The notes under the pieces: generated by a model
What the model was told of the DNA's origin: nothing
Seen by the model: the letters and a program-made list of their open reading frames with translations, nothing else
Database searches by the model: none
Source: a virus
Taxonomy: Duplodnaviria > Heunggongvirae > Uroviricota > Caudoviricetes
Direction: 5' to 3' (one strand)
Virus record (IMG/VR): IMGVR_UViG_2602041568_000002
DNA length: 7,344 nt
Shown here: positions 1 to 7,096 of the stretch, in pieces
Numbering within the stretch: position 1 is the stretch's first letter
Layout of the letters: each line of letters starts with the position of its first letter
Program-made: the position numbers and the translations under genes

Positions 1-281
1 CTGACCCGCGACGACCATTTTGCGCAGGTCACCTTTATCTGCCGCCACTCATAAGGCGGCGTCCACAGAAAGGCTTTCCAGCCCCCGTGCTCTTCCAGAA
101 ACGACTCCAGTACCGTGGCCTCCTCACGGGGGACAGAAAGCGTCACGCTGTACGTTTTCAGGTTGGCATTCAGCCCGGCAGGCGCTCGCTGGGAATAGCC
201 ATCACCAAAGCGCACCTTTCTTACAGAAGGGGCCGAAGCCACATCCATACCGGGTTTCACTTTCCAGCGGAAGGTTTTCAT
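1..281 (-). CDS. M: Tail tip assembly protein gpM, partial: start codon at 281..279, C-terminal ~16 codons lie beyond the window start
   Basis: Reverse-complement translation from the ATG at 281..279 reads MKTFRWKVKPGMDVAS..., which I recognise as the N-terminus of lambda gpM. It sits immediately downstream of H as in lambda, and its ATG overlaps the H stop (ATGA). Absent from the ORF track only because the frame runs off the window edge without a stop. Confidence 0.88.
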   Translation of the reverse strand, partial: MKTFRWKVKPGMDVASAPSVRKVRFGDGYSQRAPAGLNANLKTYSVTLSVPREEATVLESFLEEHGGWKAFLWTPPYEWRQIKVTCAKWSSRV

Positions 282-2839
282 CGTCCACCTCCGGAGAACA
301 GGCCACCATCACGCATCTGTGTCTGAATTTCATCACGGGCACCCTTGCGGGCCATGTCATACACTGCCTTCATCATCTGTGGACCTGGCAGACCATTCGT
401 ACCGTCGTTCTGAATCACCACGTGATTGTTCTGATTAAAATTAATGCCTTCAGCCCGCCGCATCTGCGCCGGACTTCCGGCACCGCCCACATAACCACCT
501 TCCGCATAGCCCCGCATCAGGCGGTACAGGTTGCCCACGCCAATCCGGCTGGTTGCCTCCTTCGTGAAGACGAATTCACCGCGGTGAACAATTCCCGCTG
601 GCTCATATTTGCCGCCGGTTCCCGTAAATCCTCCGGTCGCAAAATGGAATTTCGCCGCAGCGGCCTGAATGGCTGTACCGCCTGACGCGGATGCGCCGCC
701 ACCAACAGCCCCGCCAATGGCGCTGCCGATACTCCCGACAATCCCCACCATTGCCTGCTTAAGCAGAATTTCTGTCATCATGGACAGCACGGAACGGGTG
801 AAGCTGCGCCAGTTCTGCTCACTGCCGGTCAGCATCGCCGCCATATTCTGCGCAATACCATCAAAGGTCTGCGCGGCTGCACTTTTAACCTGCGACATAC
901 TGTCCGTGGCGCTCTCTTCCCACTCACACCAGCCGGACTTCAGGCCTGCCATCCAGTTCCCGCGAAGCTGGTCTTCAGCCGCCCAGGTCTTTTTCTGCTC
1001 TGACATGACGTTATTCAGCGCCAGCGGATTATCGCCATACTGTTCCTTCAGGCGCTGTTCCGTGGCTTCCCGTTCTGCCTGCCGGTCAGTCACCCCCCGG
1101 CTTTTCGCATCAATGGCGGCCCGTTTTGCCCGTTGCTGCTGTGCGAATTTATCCGCCTGCTGCGCCAGCGCGTTCAGGCGCTCCTGATACGTAACCTTGT
1201 CGCCAAGTGCAGCCAGCTGGCGTTTGTACTCCAGCGTCTCATCTTTATGCGCCAGCAGGGATTTCTCCTGTGCGGATAGCTGGCGACGTTGTGCCGCCTC
1301 CTCCAGTACCGCGAACTGATTTTCAGCCTTCCACAAATCCCGGCGCTGCTGGCTGATTTTCTCATTCGCTCCGGCATGCTTCTCCAGCGTCCGGAGTTCT
1401 GCCTGAAGCGTCAGCAGGGCAGCATGAGCACTGTCTTCCTGACGATCGCCCGCAGACACTTTCACGCCGGACTGTTTCGGCTTTTTCAGCGTCGCTTCAT
1501 AGTCCTTTTTCGCCGCCGCCATCAGCGTGTTGTAATCTGCCTGCAGAATTTTCCCGTCCTTCAGTGCCTTGTTCAGTTCTTCCTGACGGGCGGTATATTT
1601 CTCCAGCGGCGTCTGCAGGCGTTCATAAGCCTTCTGCGCCTCTTCGGTATATTTCAGCCGTGACGCTTCGGTATCGCTCTGCTGCTGCGCATTTTTGTCC
1701 TGTTGAGTCTGCTGCTCAGCCTTCTTTCGGGCGGCTTCAAGCGCAAGACGGGCCTTTTCACGATCATCCCAGTAACGCGCCCGCGCTTCATCGTTAACAA
1801 AATAATCATCCTTGCGCAGATTCCAGATGTCGTCTGCTTTCTTAAACGCAGCCTCTGCCTTAATCAGCATCTCCTGCGCGGTATCAGGACGACCAATATC
1901 CAGCACCGCATCCCACATGGATTTGAAGGCCCGCGCTGTCCTGTCTGCCCAGGTCTCCAGCGTGCCCATGTTCTCTTTCAGGCGGCGGGTCTGGTCATCA
2001 AACCCTTTCGTTGCGGCCTCGTTCGCCGCCTGCAATGCCCCGGCTTCATCGCCGGAACGCTGCAACTGAGCAACATACGCAATCTGCTCCGCCGTCACGT
2101 TATGGAACTGGCGTGCCATCGCTGTCAGCCCTGACGTCGGGTCTGTGGTCAGCTTCCCGAAGGCTTCAGCGACCTTGTCCACCTCCACGCCGGATGCAGA
2201 GGAGAAACGCGCCACACTCTGGCTGATGGATGCAATCTGAGCCTCACCGCTTACTCCCGCCTTAACCAGTGCGCTGAGTGACTCGCTGGTCTGGTTAAAC
2301 GTCAGCCCTGCCGCCTGCCCGGCTCTGGACAGGACCAGCATGCGATCTGCCGTCAGACCCGACTGATTGCCGGAAAGGACCAGCGTTTTGTTGAAATCGG
2401 ACAGGGTTGAGTTGCCCTGATACCAGGCATACGCCAGCGCACCGGTCGCCACCGCCAGCGAGGTGGCCCCGACCATCGGCAGGGTGATCGCACCGGCAAG
2501 CCCCCTGAACATGGGGATCATCCCGCCGAAGGAGTCCTTAACCTGACCACCCTGTTGCAGCAGGATCAGCCACGGACTTTGCCCGCCTGCAAGCTGCGTG
2601 GCCACGTCGGTGAACTGTGCAGGCAGCATACGCATGGCGGCTTTATACTGCCCGACGGAAATCCCCGCTTTCTGTGCAGCCAGCGCCTGTCGGCTCAGCG
2701 ACTGTTCAACGACTGCCGCTGTTTTTTTCGCATCACTTTCCGTACCGGAAAAATGACGCCTGACTCTGGCCATCTGCTCGTCAAATCTGGCCGCATCCAG
2801 ACTTAAATCAACGACCAGATCGCCTACCGGTTCAGCCAT
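278..2839 (-). CDS. H: Tail tape measure protein gpH (853 aa)
   Basis: 853-aa ORF starting MAEPVGDLVVDLSLDAARFDEQ, the same length as lambda gpH and recognisably the same protein along its whole length. It has a long Ala/Gln/Lys/Glu/Arg-rich central region (typical coiled-coil tape measure), a Gly-rich hydrophobic segment and a conserved C-terminus ...DEIQTQMRDGGLFSGGGR. AGGAGGAG Shine-Dalgarno ~8 nt upstream of the ATG at 2839. Confidence 0.97.
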   Translation of the reverse strand: MAEPVGDLVVDLSLDAARFDEQMARVRRHFSGTESDAKKTAAVVEQSLSRQALAAQKAGISVGQYKAAMRMLPAQFTDVATQLAGGQSPWLILLQQGGQVKDSFGGMIPMFRGLAGAITLPMVGATSLAVATGALAYAWYQGNSTLSDFNKTLVLSGNQSGLTADRMLVLSRAGQAAGLTFNQTSESLSALVKAGVSGEAQIASISQSVARFSSASGVEVDKVAEAFGKLTTDPTSGLTAMARQFHNVTAEQIAYVAQLQRSGDEAGALQAANEAATKGFDDQTRRLKENMGTLETWADRTARAFKSMWDAVLDIGRPDTAQEMLIKAEAAFKKADDIWNLRKDDYFVNDEARARYWDDREKARLALEAARKKAEQQTQQDKNAQQQSDTEASRLKYTEEAQKAYERLQTPLEKYTARQEELNKALKDGKILQADYNTLMAAAKKDYEATLKKPKQSGVKVSAGDRQEDSAHAALLTLQAELRTLEKHAGANEKISQQRRDLWKAENQFAVLEEAAQRRQLSAQEKSLLAHKDETLEYKRQLAALGDKVTYQERLNALAQQADKFAQQQRAKRAAIDAKSRGVTDRQAEREATEQRLKEQYGDNPLALNNVMSEQKKTWAAEDQLRGNWMAGLKSGWCEWEESATDSMSQVKSAAAQTFDGIAQNMAAMLTGSEQNWRSFTRSVLSMMTEILLKQAMVGIVGSIGSAIGGAVGGGASASGGTAIQAAAAKFHFATGGFTGTGGKYEPAGIVHRGEFVFTKEATSRIGVGNLYRLMRGYAEGGYVGGAGSPAQMRRAEGINFNQNNHVVIQNDGTNGLPGPQMMKAVYDMARKGARDEIQTQMRDGGLFSGGGR

Positions 2840-3266
2840 ACCGGACTCCTCCTGCGATCCCTTCTGATACTGTCATCAGCATTACGTCATCCTCCGTCAT
2901 GTCCGCCACATCCGGGGAAGCGGGGATAACTTCATTCCCGTCCGGGCCAAAGCGGACACCTCCGGCAAGCCCTGCCGCTTTCTGCATCAGCACATCATCT
3001 TCAGGCTCTTCGTCAGCCTCGCGCCGGTTCAGCAGACTGAAATCCAGCGGATGCATATCCGGATCGCTGAAAAACAGGCTGAGCACGGTGTACGTCAGCC
3101 CGGAAAAGTGCATATCCAGCAGAACATCATGAAAATAATGGGTACTGTAAAAGCGGTGCCAGTCGGCATACTCCGTGGATGACATCCCGGCAAGCATGGC
3201 ACGCCAGTCGGGTCTCCCCATCTCACGCGCCAGTTTCAGGGCAAAACTCAGCTCACCGTCGAACAC
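2832..3266 (-). CDS. T: T segment of the tail assembly chaperone gpG-T; no independent start, expressed only as a -1 frameshift fusion with G (fusion spans 2832..3670)
   Basis: 144-codon open frame (..FDGELSFALKLAREMGRPDWRAMLAGMSSTEYADWHRF...) recognised as lambda gpT. Its first codon is GTG, directly 3' of the slippery heptamer in the -1 frame relative to G. The frame ends with TGA at 2834..2832, overlapping the H start by 8 nt. Confidence 0.9.
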   Translation of the reverse strand: MFDGELSFALKLAREMGRPDWRAMLAGMSSTEYADWHRFYSTHYFHDVLLDMHFSGLTYTVLSLFFSDPDMHPLDFSLLNRREADEEPEDDVLMQKAAGLAGGVRFGPDGNEVIPASPDVADMTEDDVMLMTVSEGIAGGVRYG

Positions 3267-3670
3267 TTTCCCGCAGAAACAGGCTCTGCGGGCCCGGCGT
3301 CCTCTGTCTGTTCAGGGGCATTATTCACCACAAACTCATACATACCAGACAGCCGGTACACCACGTTTTCAGCATGAGAAATTGCCTCCGTGGGCCAGGT
3401 GGTAAGCACTTCCTGCTCAATCTGTTTAACGGCTTCATTCATGGACGGCATCTGCGTCTTCTGCGGATGGTTATGCCACAGGGACATCGCCACCAGAAAC
3501 GCGCCGGTTCTGATGGCGTCTTCCACAGTAAACTTCCGGTTGCTGTCTGACTCCGCCTGTTCTGCCTGCCGTTTCATCAGGGCGAGATGCTCAATGCGCT
3601 GCAGGGCTGACAGTTCAGAAAGCGTGACGGTCACACCGTTATGTTCAAATGATTCGGTTTTCAGGAACAT
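3248..3670 (-). CDS. G: Tail assembly chaperone gpG (140 aa)
   Basis: ORF MFLKTESFEHNGVTVTLSELSALQRIEHLALMKRQAEQ...PVSAGKCSTVS recognised as lambda gpG at the correct length. GGAGAG Shine-Dalgarno in the 15-nt V-G spacer. The slippery site lies 6 codons before its stop. Confidence 0.95.
   Translation of the reverse strand: MFLKTESFEHNGVTVTLSELSALQRIEHLALMKRQAEQAESDSNRKFTVEDAIRTGAFLVAMSLWHNHPQKTQMPSMNEAVKQIEQEVLTTWPTEAISHAENVVYRLSGMYEFVVNNAPEQTEDAGPAEPVSAGKCSTVS
3266..3272 (-). other. Programmed -1 ribosomal frameshift slippery heptamer G GGA AAG (G-T recoding site)
   Basis: Plus strand reads ctttccc at 3266..3272, so the minus strand reads GGGAAAG. In the G frame it is GCG-GGA-AAG (A-G-K, residues 133-135 of G). 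After a -1 slip the next codon is GTG at 3266..3264, the first codon of the T frame. Position and sequence match the classical lambda G/G-T site. Confidence 0.88.
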
Positions 3671-3685
3671 CGCTGACTCTCCGGA

Positions 3686-4426
3686 TTAACTGGCGGTGAC
3701 GGTAATTTCTGCAACCGCAGCAAACTCACCATTACCGGATACAACCGGAATGTTGACCTTGCCTGCAGCAACGCCGTTCACGGTGATGGTCATACCACTG
3801 ACCGACACGGTGGCTTTTGTTTTATCCGCAGACACCGCACGAAAGCTCTTGTCGGTTACGCCCTCCGGCTGGAAGGCCACGGTCAGCGTGGTGCTCTGCC
3901 CTTTCACCACCGAGGTGCTGGCAGGCGTCACGGTCATGCCGGTTGCCGCTGTTACCGTGCTGCGATCTTCTGCCATCGACGGACGTCCCACATTGGTGAC
4001 TTTCACCGTGCGGGTGATCACTTCCTTCGCCGTCACCGCCTTACCGATACTGCTGACCCAGCCACGGAACACATCGACCGTGCCGTTCGGGAAGCGGATT
4101 TTATAGGCACGGGTATCGCCTTCATTAAACCACGCCAGCAGCGCCTGCTGCCCCTGCTCTCCGGGCATCCACGCCAGCGTGAAGCTGGTATCTCCGGCAG
4201 ATTTCTGCCCCTGCCCGGTCGCAGTCCAGTCTGCATCTTCATCATCGAGATAGCTGTCGTCATAGGACTCAGCGGTCAGTTCGCCGGGCGTCAGGTCTTT
4301 AACTTTTGCCAGACGCGACCAGTCAACGTCTGAAAGCGGATTCGCATAAGGGTCACCGCTCCCCTTATAAACCCACAGGGTGGTCCCGGCACCTTTCACC
4401 GGCATTACAGGATTTGGTACAGGCAT
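3686..4426 (-). CDS. V: Major tail tube protein gpV (246 aa), with C-terminal Ig-like domain
   Basis: Track ORF 3686..4456 contains [43 protein letters not shown]..., recognised as lambda gpV. I place the start at the internal ATG at 4426 (246 aa, as in lambda) because it is preceded by GAGGA about 4 nt upstream; the track's ATG at 4456 would overlap the end of U and has no comparable ribosome-binding site. Confidence 0.93.
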   Translation of the reverse strand: MPVPNPVMPVKGAGTTLWVYKGSGDPYANPLSDVDWSRLAKVKDLTPGELTAESYDDSYLDDEDADWTATGQGQKSAGDTSFTLAWMPGEQGQQALLAWFNEGDTRAYKIRFPNGTVDVFRGWVSSIGKAVTAKEVITRTVKVTNVGRPSMAEDRSTVTAATGMTVTPASTSVVKGQSTTLTVAFQPEGVTDKSFRAVSADKTKATVSVSGMTITVNGVAAGKVNIPVVSGNGEFAAVAEITVTAS

Positions 4427-4433
4427 AGCGTCC

Positions 4434-4829
4434 TCACATTTCATAGGTAATGACATAAGTCAGATCGGCTGAACTCCACAGGCCCGCATCATCGTCGCGC
4501 CGGTAGTCATAGCCGCTGGCCACCATACTGGTGATCAAATCTGACAGTGCCGGGATATCACTCATCACCGGATAAATCCGGGACTCCATCCACGCATCCA
4601 GCTCTGAATCCGGCACCTGAGCAGGCAGGAAAACTTCGATATGCAGCTCCGCCTGCCAGGTATCGCTGTCCAGCTCTTCGCCCGTGTATTCAGCGCCGGT
4701 GAGATAAACGGCAACTGCCGGAAAATCCTCTTCGTCAAAAACAACGGGGCGACCATCAAACAGCGTCGCCCCGTGTTCATGCTGCTCGAGTGCATCCAGC
4801 ACTGCGGCACGGAGTTCAGTATGTTTCAT
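4434..4829 (-). CDS. U: Tail terminator protein gpU (131 aa)
   Basis: [31 protein letters not shown]...[10 protein letters not shown] recognised as lambda gpU at the correct length. Its ATG (4829..4827) overlaps the Z stop (4828..4826) as ATGA. Confidence 0.95.
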   Translation of the reverse strand: MKHTELRAAVLDALEQHEHGATLFDGRPVVFDEEDFPAVAVYLTGAEYTGEELDSDTWQAELHIEVFLPAQVPDSELDAWMESRIYPVMSDIPALSDLITSMVASGYDYRRDDDAGLWSSADLTYVITYEM

Positions 4830-5404
4830 CGCTTTATTACCATCCTCAGTTGATGCTGCAGCGCATAGCCCAGCTCTTTCGGAAGACGCTCACGCCGTAT
4901 CCGCTCAATATTCTGTTTAAACGCCGTGGTCAGCGGCACCGCCATCGGGATTTTCACCACATCAATGGGGTAACGGTTTTTCCCGGCCACACGCTGCATG
5001 ACATGCCAGCGGCCATTTTTCAGTTGCTGAATAAACGCGCCGGGAATACGACGGTTTCCCACCACAAGCACGCTGCCGCCACCTTTCAGGGCTGAACGCT
5101 GCCCCTTTTTACGACGCCTGCGTCGGGACAGGACAATCCGCGCGTTACCCAGCTTTATTACGGGCAAATCCCCCCGGTTAACCTTGATTCTGGCCTGCGG
5201 ATTTTTGACCGTGGCCCTTTTCAGCCTGGCCCTTTCCTTTACCAGTTTCCGGCGTACCTTTGTCTCACGGGCAACCTGTGACGCCGACTGCGATATCGCG
5301 GATGAAGCAACGCGGTTAATGGCCATTGCGGCGGCACCGGGCACCGCCGTTCTGCTGATACGGCTGAGGTTTTCAACGGCCTGCTCAAGACCTTTTATGG
5401 CCAT
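4826..5404 (-). CDS. Z: Tail completion protein gpZ (192 aa)
   Basis: ORF MAIKGLEQAVENLSRISRTAVPGAAAMAINRVASSAISQ... recognised as lambda gpZ; length and position between FII and U match lambda. Confidence 0.95.
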   Translation of the reverse strand: MAIKGLEQAVENLSRISRTAVPGAAAMAINRVASSAISQSASQVARETKVRRKLVKERARLKRATVKNPQARIKVNRGDLPVIKLGNARIVLSRRRRRKKGQRSALKGGGSVLVVGNRRIPGAFIQQLKNGRWHVMQRVAGKNRYPIDVVKIPMAVPLTTAFKQNIERIRRERLPKELGYALQHQLRMVIKR

Positions 5405-5415
5405 ACATCCCCCTT

Positions 5416-5769
5416 TCAGCGGCGACGGTTAACGGCAGGCGGTACGCCCCGCCCAAGCCAGAGATGACAGCTTCCGCCATCATCCGGCGAAATCCGGTCT
5501 ATCCAGAAGTTTTCCTCACCGATGGTCAGCGTGTCGCCGCGCCGCAGCTGCCGCACATCATCAGTCCGGACAAACAGGAACGGGCTGGAGCCTTCAACGC
5601 GCACGCCCTGTCCGGCATAGCTGATATTTTCAGGATCATCAAAAACACCACGTATCACAACACCGGACTGCTCACCGGATGTCATGGTGGCTGACGTTCC
5701 CATGTACCCGCGTATCGTTTCATCGGCGCGGGCAATGGCAGCATCGAACAGGTTATCGAAATCAGCCAC
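5416..5769 (-). CDS. FII: Head-tail joining / head completion protein gpFII (117 aa)
   Basis: ORF MADFDNLFDAAIARADETIRGYMGTSATMTSGEQSGVVIRGVFDDPENISYAGQGVRVEGS... recognised as lambda gpFII; 11-nt spacers to FI and Z. Confidence 0.95.
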   Translation of the reverse strand: MADFDNLFDAAIARADETIRGYMGTSATMTSGEQSGVVIRGVFDDPENISYAGQGVRVEGSSPFLFVRTDDVRQLRRGDTLTIGEENFWIDRISPDDGGSCHLWLGRGVPPAVNRRR

Positions 5770-5780
5770 AGCGCCTCCCG

Positions 5781-6176
5781 TTATTGCATTCTGGCCAGGC
5801 CGCGTTCTGTCATTTCGGCTGCCACACCGGCAGAGACACGGAACGCCGTTCCCGGCAGCACAAATGCCACAGTGTCATCCCGCGTGGCGTGAAGTGCATC
5901 AGTATGCAGCGTCACCAGTGCCACAACCGTGACCAGATCAGCCGTATCAGTCACGGTATCCGGCTGCGCTGATACAACCTCATTTTCATGTCCGGTCAGC
6001 GCATTTTCCGGGCTGACAGATGTGTCCTGACCAGCAGCGTCATCCGTGTCATCAAGCTCCTCTTCCAGCTCTGCCACACGGAGTGCCAGTTCTTCTTTCG
6101 TCCCCGTCAGGCTGACATCACGGTTCAGTTGCTCACCCAGCACCTGAAGACGGGCAATCAGTTCATCTTTCGTCAT
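5781..6176 (-). CDS. FI: DNA-packaging / head assembly accessory protein gpFI (131 aa here)
   Basis: Track ORF 5781..6215 contains MTKDELIARLQVLGEQLNRDVSLTGTKEELALRVAELEEELDD...AFRVSAGVAAEMTERGLARMQ, recognised as lambda gpFI. I place the start at the ATG at 6176, preceded by GGAGGAG about 5 nt upstream. The track's upstream ATG (6215) lies inside the intergenic hairpin stem and has no ribosome-binding site. Confidence 0.9.
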   Translation of the reverse strand: MTKDELIARLQVLGEQLNRDVSLTGTKEELALRVAELEEELDDTDDAAGQDTSVSPENALTGHENEVVSAQPDTVTDTADLVTVVALVTLHTDALHATRDDTVAFVLPGTAFRVSAGVAAEMTERGLARMQ

Positions 6177-6197
6177 GGACTCCTCCACAGAGAGAAA

Positions 6198-6215
6198 ATG
6201 GCCCCGAAGGGCCAT
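6198..6215 (-). promoter_or_regulatory. Intergenic RNA stem-loop between E and FI (7-bp perfect stem, UUCG tetraloop); function unknown
   Basis: Minus-strand RNA reads 5'-AUGGCCC-UUCG-GGGCCAU-3', starting 2 nt after the E stop codon and followed by UUUCUCUCUGUG and the FI Shine-Dalgarno. Seen directly in the sequence; coordinates are anchored to ORF boundaries and may be off by 1 nt. Confidence 0.45.
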
Positions 6216-6217
6216 GA

Positions 6218-7096
6218 TTACGCCAGTTGTACGGACACGAACGCATCAGGGTCAGCCAGCAGCATCAGCGGTGCTGACTGAATCATGGTGAACTCACGCG
6301 CCGGATCGCCGGTGGTCACCCAGTTTTTCGGGTAGCGGGCAGAGGCGTTAATACCTTCGCGCTGTGCGTCCGCATCCTGAATGCAGCCATAGGTGCGCAG
6401 ACCGCGTGCCTGAGTGTTCCCCAGCACCATCGTGTTGTCCGGCAGGAAGTTCTTTTTGACGTCGTTTTCCACGTACTGTCCGGAATACACGACGATCGCC
6501 GTATCGCCATACATCCCCTTATAGGACACCGCTTCGCCCAGATCTTTTACCGCTGTCTCCAGCTCGGAATGAGAGCCGCGACGGGTATCCAGCTTCTCCT
6601 TGACGGCTTTGAAGGAACGGAACAGCGCCCAGCCTTTCGGATCAAACACGATGATATTCACCACACCGCTGGCGTTCAGCGCGTAGGCTTCGATATCGTC
6701 GGTCGGGTCATACGTGGACTTGTCACGCTTGCTCCACTCCGTACCGCCGGACTGCGTGATGTTGTTCGCCACACTGCGGCCCATATCCACTTCAACCGGA
6801 TCGAAGGCTTCACCGGTCATGGTATATTTGCCCTTAAGCACGGCAGAAACGGCCTGCATCTCTTCGACCTGAGCAATGGCCAGCTCTTCGTCTCGCATGT
6901 TCTGCAGAATGATGCGACGGCGGCGGTAAGCCGGGTCCGCCAGATTCTGTGGATCTTCATCCGGCAGGCGACGCAGGGTCATCTGCGGATTCACCTCATG
7001 CTTCGGCTTGACATATCCCGGTGTAAATTCAGAGGTGGAGCCGCCACGGGAGCGGATAACCTCACCGGAAACAATCGGCGAAACGTACAGCGCCAT
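6218..7096 (-). CDS. E: Major capsid protein gpE, 5'-truncated by the assembly gap (codons ~50-341 present)
   Basis: Downstream of the N run the ORF reads MALYVSPIVSGEVIRSRGGSTSEFTPGYVKPKHEVNPQMTLRRLPDEDPQ...DPDAFVSVQLA, recognised as lambda gpE from about residue 50 to the C-terminus. The 18 codons upstream of the Ns in the track ORF ([18 protein letters not shown]) are an out-of-frame read-through of D, not part of E. Confidence 0.93.
   Translation of the reverse strand: MALYVSPIVSGEVIRSRGGSTSEFTPGYVKPKHEVNPQMTLRRLPDEDPQNLADPAYRRRRIILQNMRDEELAIAQVEEMQAVSAVLKGKYTMTGEAFDPVEVDMGRSVANNITQSGGTEWSKRDKSTYDPTDDIEAYALNASGVVNIIVFDPKGWALFRSFKAVKEKLDTRRGSHSELETAVKDLGEAVSYKGMYGDTAIVVYSGQYVENDVKKNFLPDNTMVLGNTQARGLRTYGCIQDADAQREGINASARYPKNWVTTGDPAREFTMIQSAPLMLLADPDAFVSVQLA

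Noticed and set aside
20-685. 221-aa plus-strand ORF
   Set aside because: Lies antisense to the 3' end of H and to M, both confidently identified. No ribosome-binding site, and the product is a low-complexity, Arg/Pro/Ser/His-rich string typical of antisense frames in GC-rich DNA.
517-741. Minus-strand alternative-frame ORFs nested in known genes (517..741, 1174..1377, 4033..4263, 4565..4810, 6316..6510)
   Set aside because: Out-of-frame ORFs inside H, V, U and E on the same strand, with no independent ribosome-binding site and no recognisable product. The only supported recoding event in the window is G-T.
669-2226. Series of plus-strand ORFs (669..1187, 1289..1663, 1564..1797, 1703..2134, 1812..2069, 2011..2226)
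   Set aside because: All are antisense to the H tape measure gene. The A/Q/K/E-rich coiled-coil coding sequence is depleted of stop codons on the opposite strand, and none has a ribosome-binding site or a recognisable product.
2555-3689. Plus-strand ORFs 2555..2806, 2899..3132, 3175..3405, 3179..3550, 3390..3689
   Set aside because: Antisense to H, T and G; no translation signals; Ser/Arg/Cys-rich nonsense-like products.
3696-5095. Plus-strand ORFs 3696..4106, 3817..3999, 4641..4853, 4790..5095
   Set aside because: Antisense to V, U and Z; same reasoning.
6186-6217. E-FI hairpin as a full intrinsic terminator
   Set aside because: The tract after the stem is mixed U/C (UUUCUCUCU), not a clean U run, and FI, FII, Z and the tail genes must be co-transcribed downstream. 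At most it is a partial or regulatory structure, so I annotate it as regulatory, not as a terminator.
5184-6281. Plus-strand ORFs 5184..5432, 5464..5694, 5679..5972, 5684..5932, 5988..6281
   Set aside because: Antisense to Z, FII, FI and the E 3' end; 5988..6281 reads straight through the E-FI intergenic hairpin; no ribosome-binding sites.
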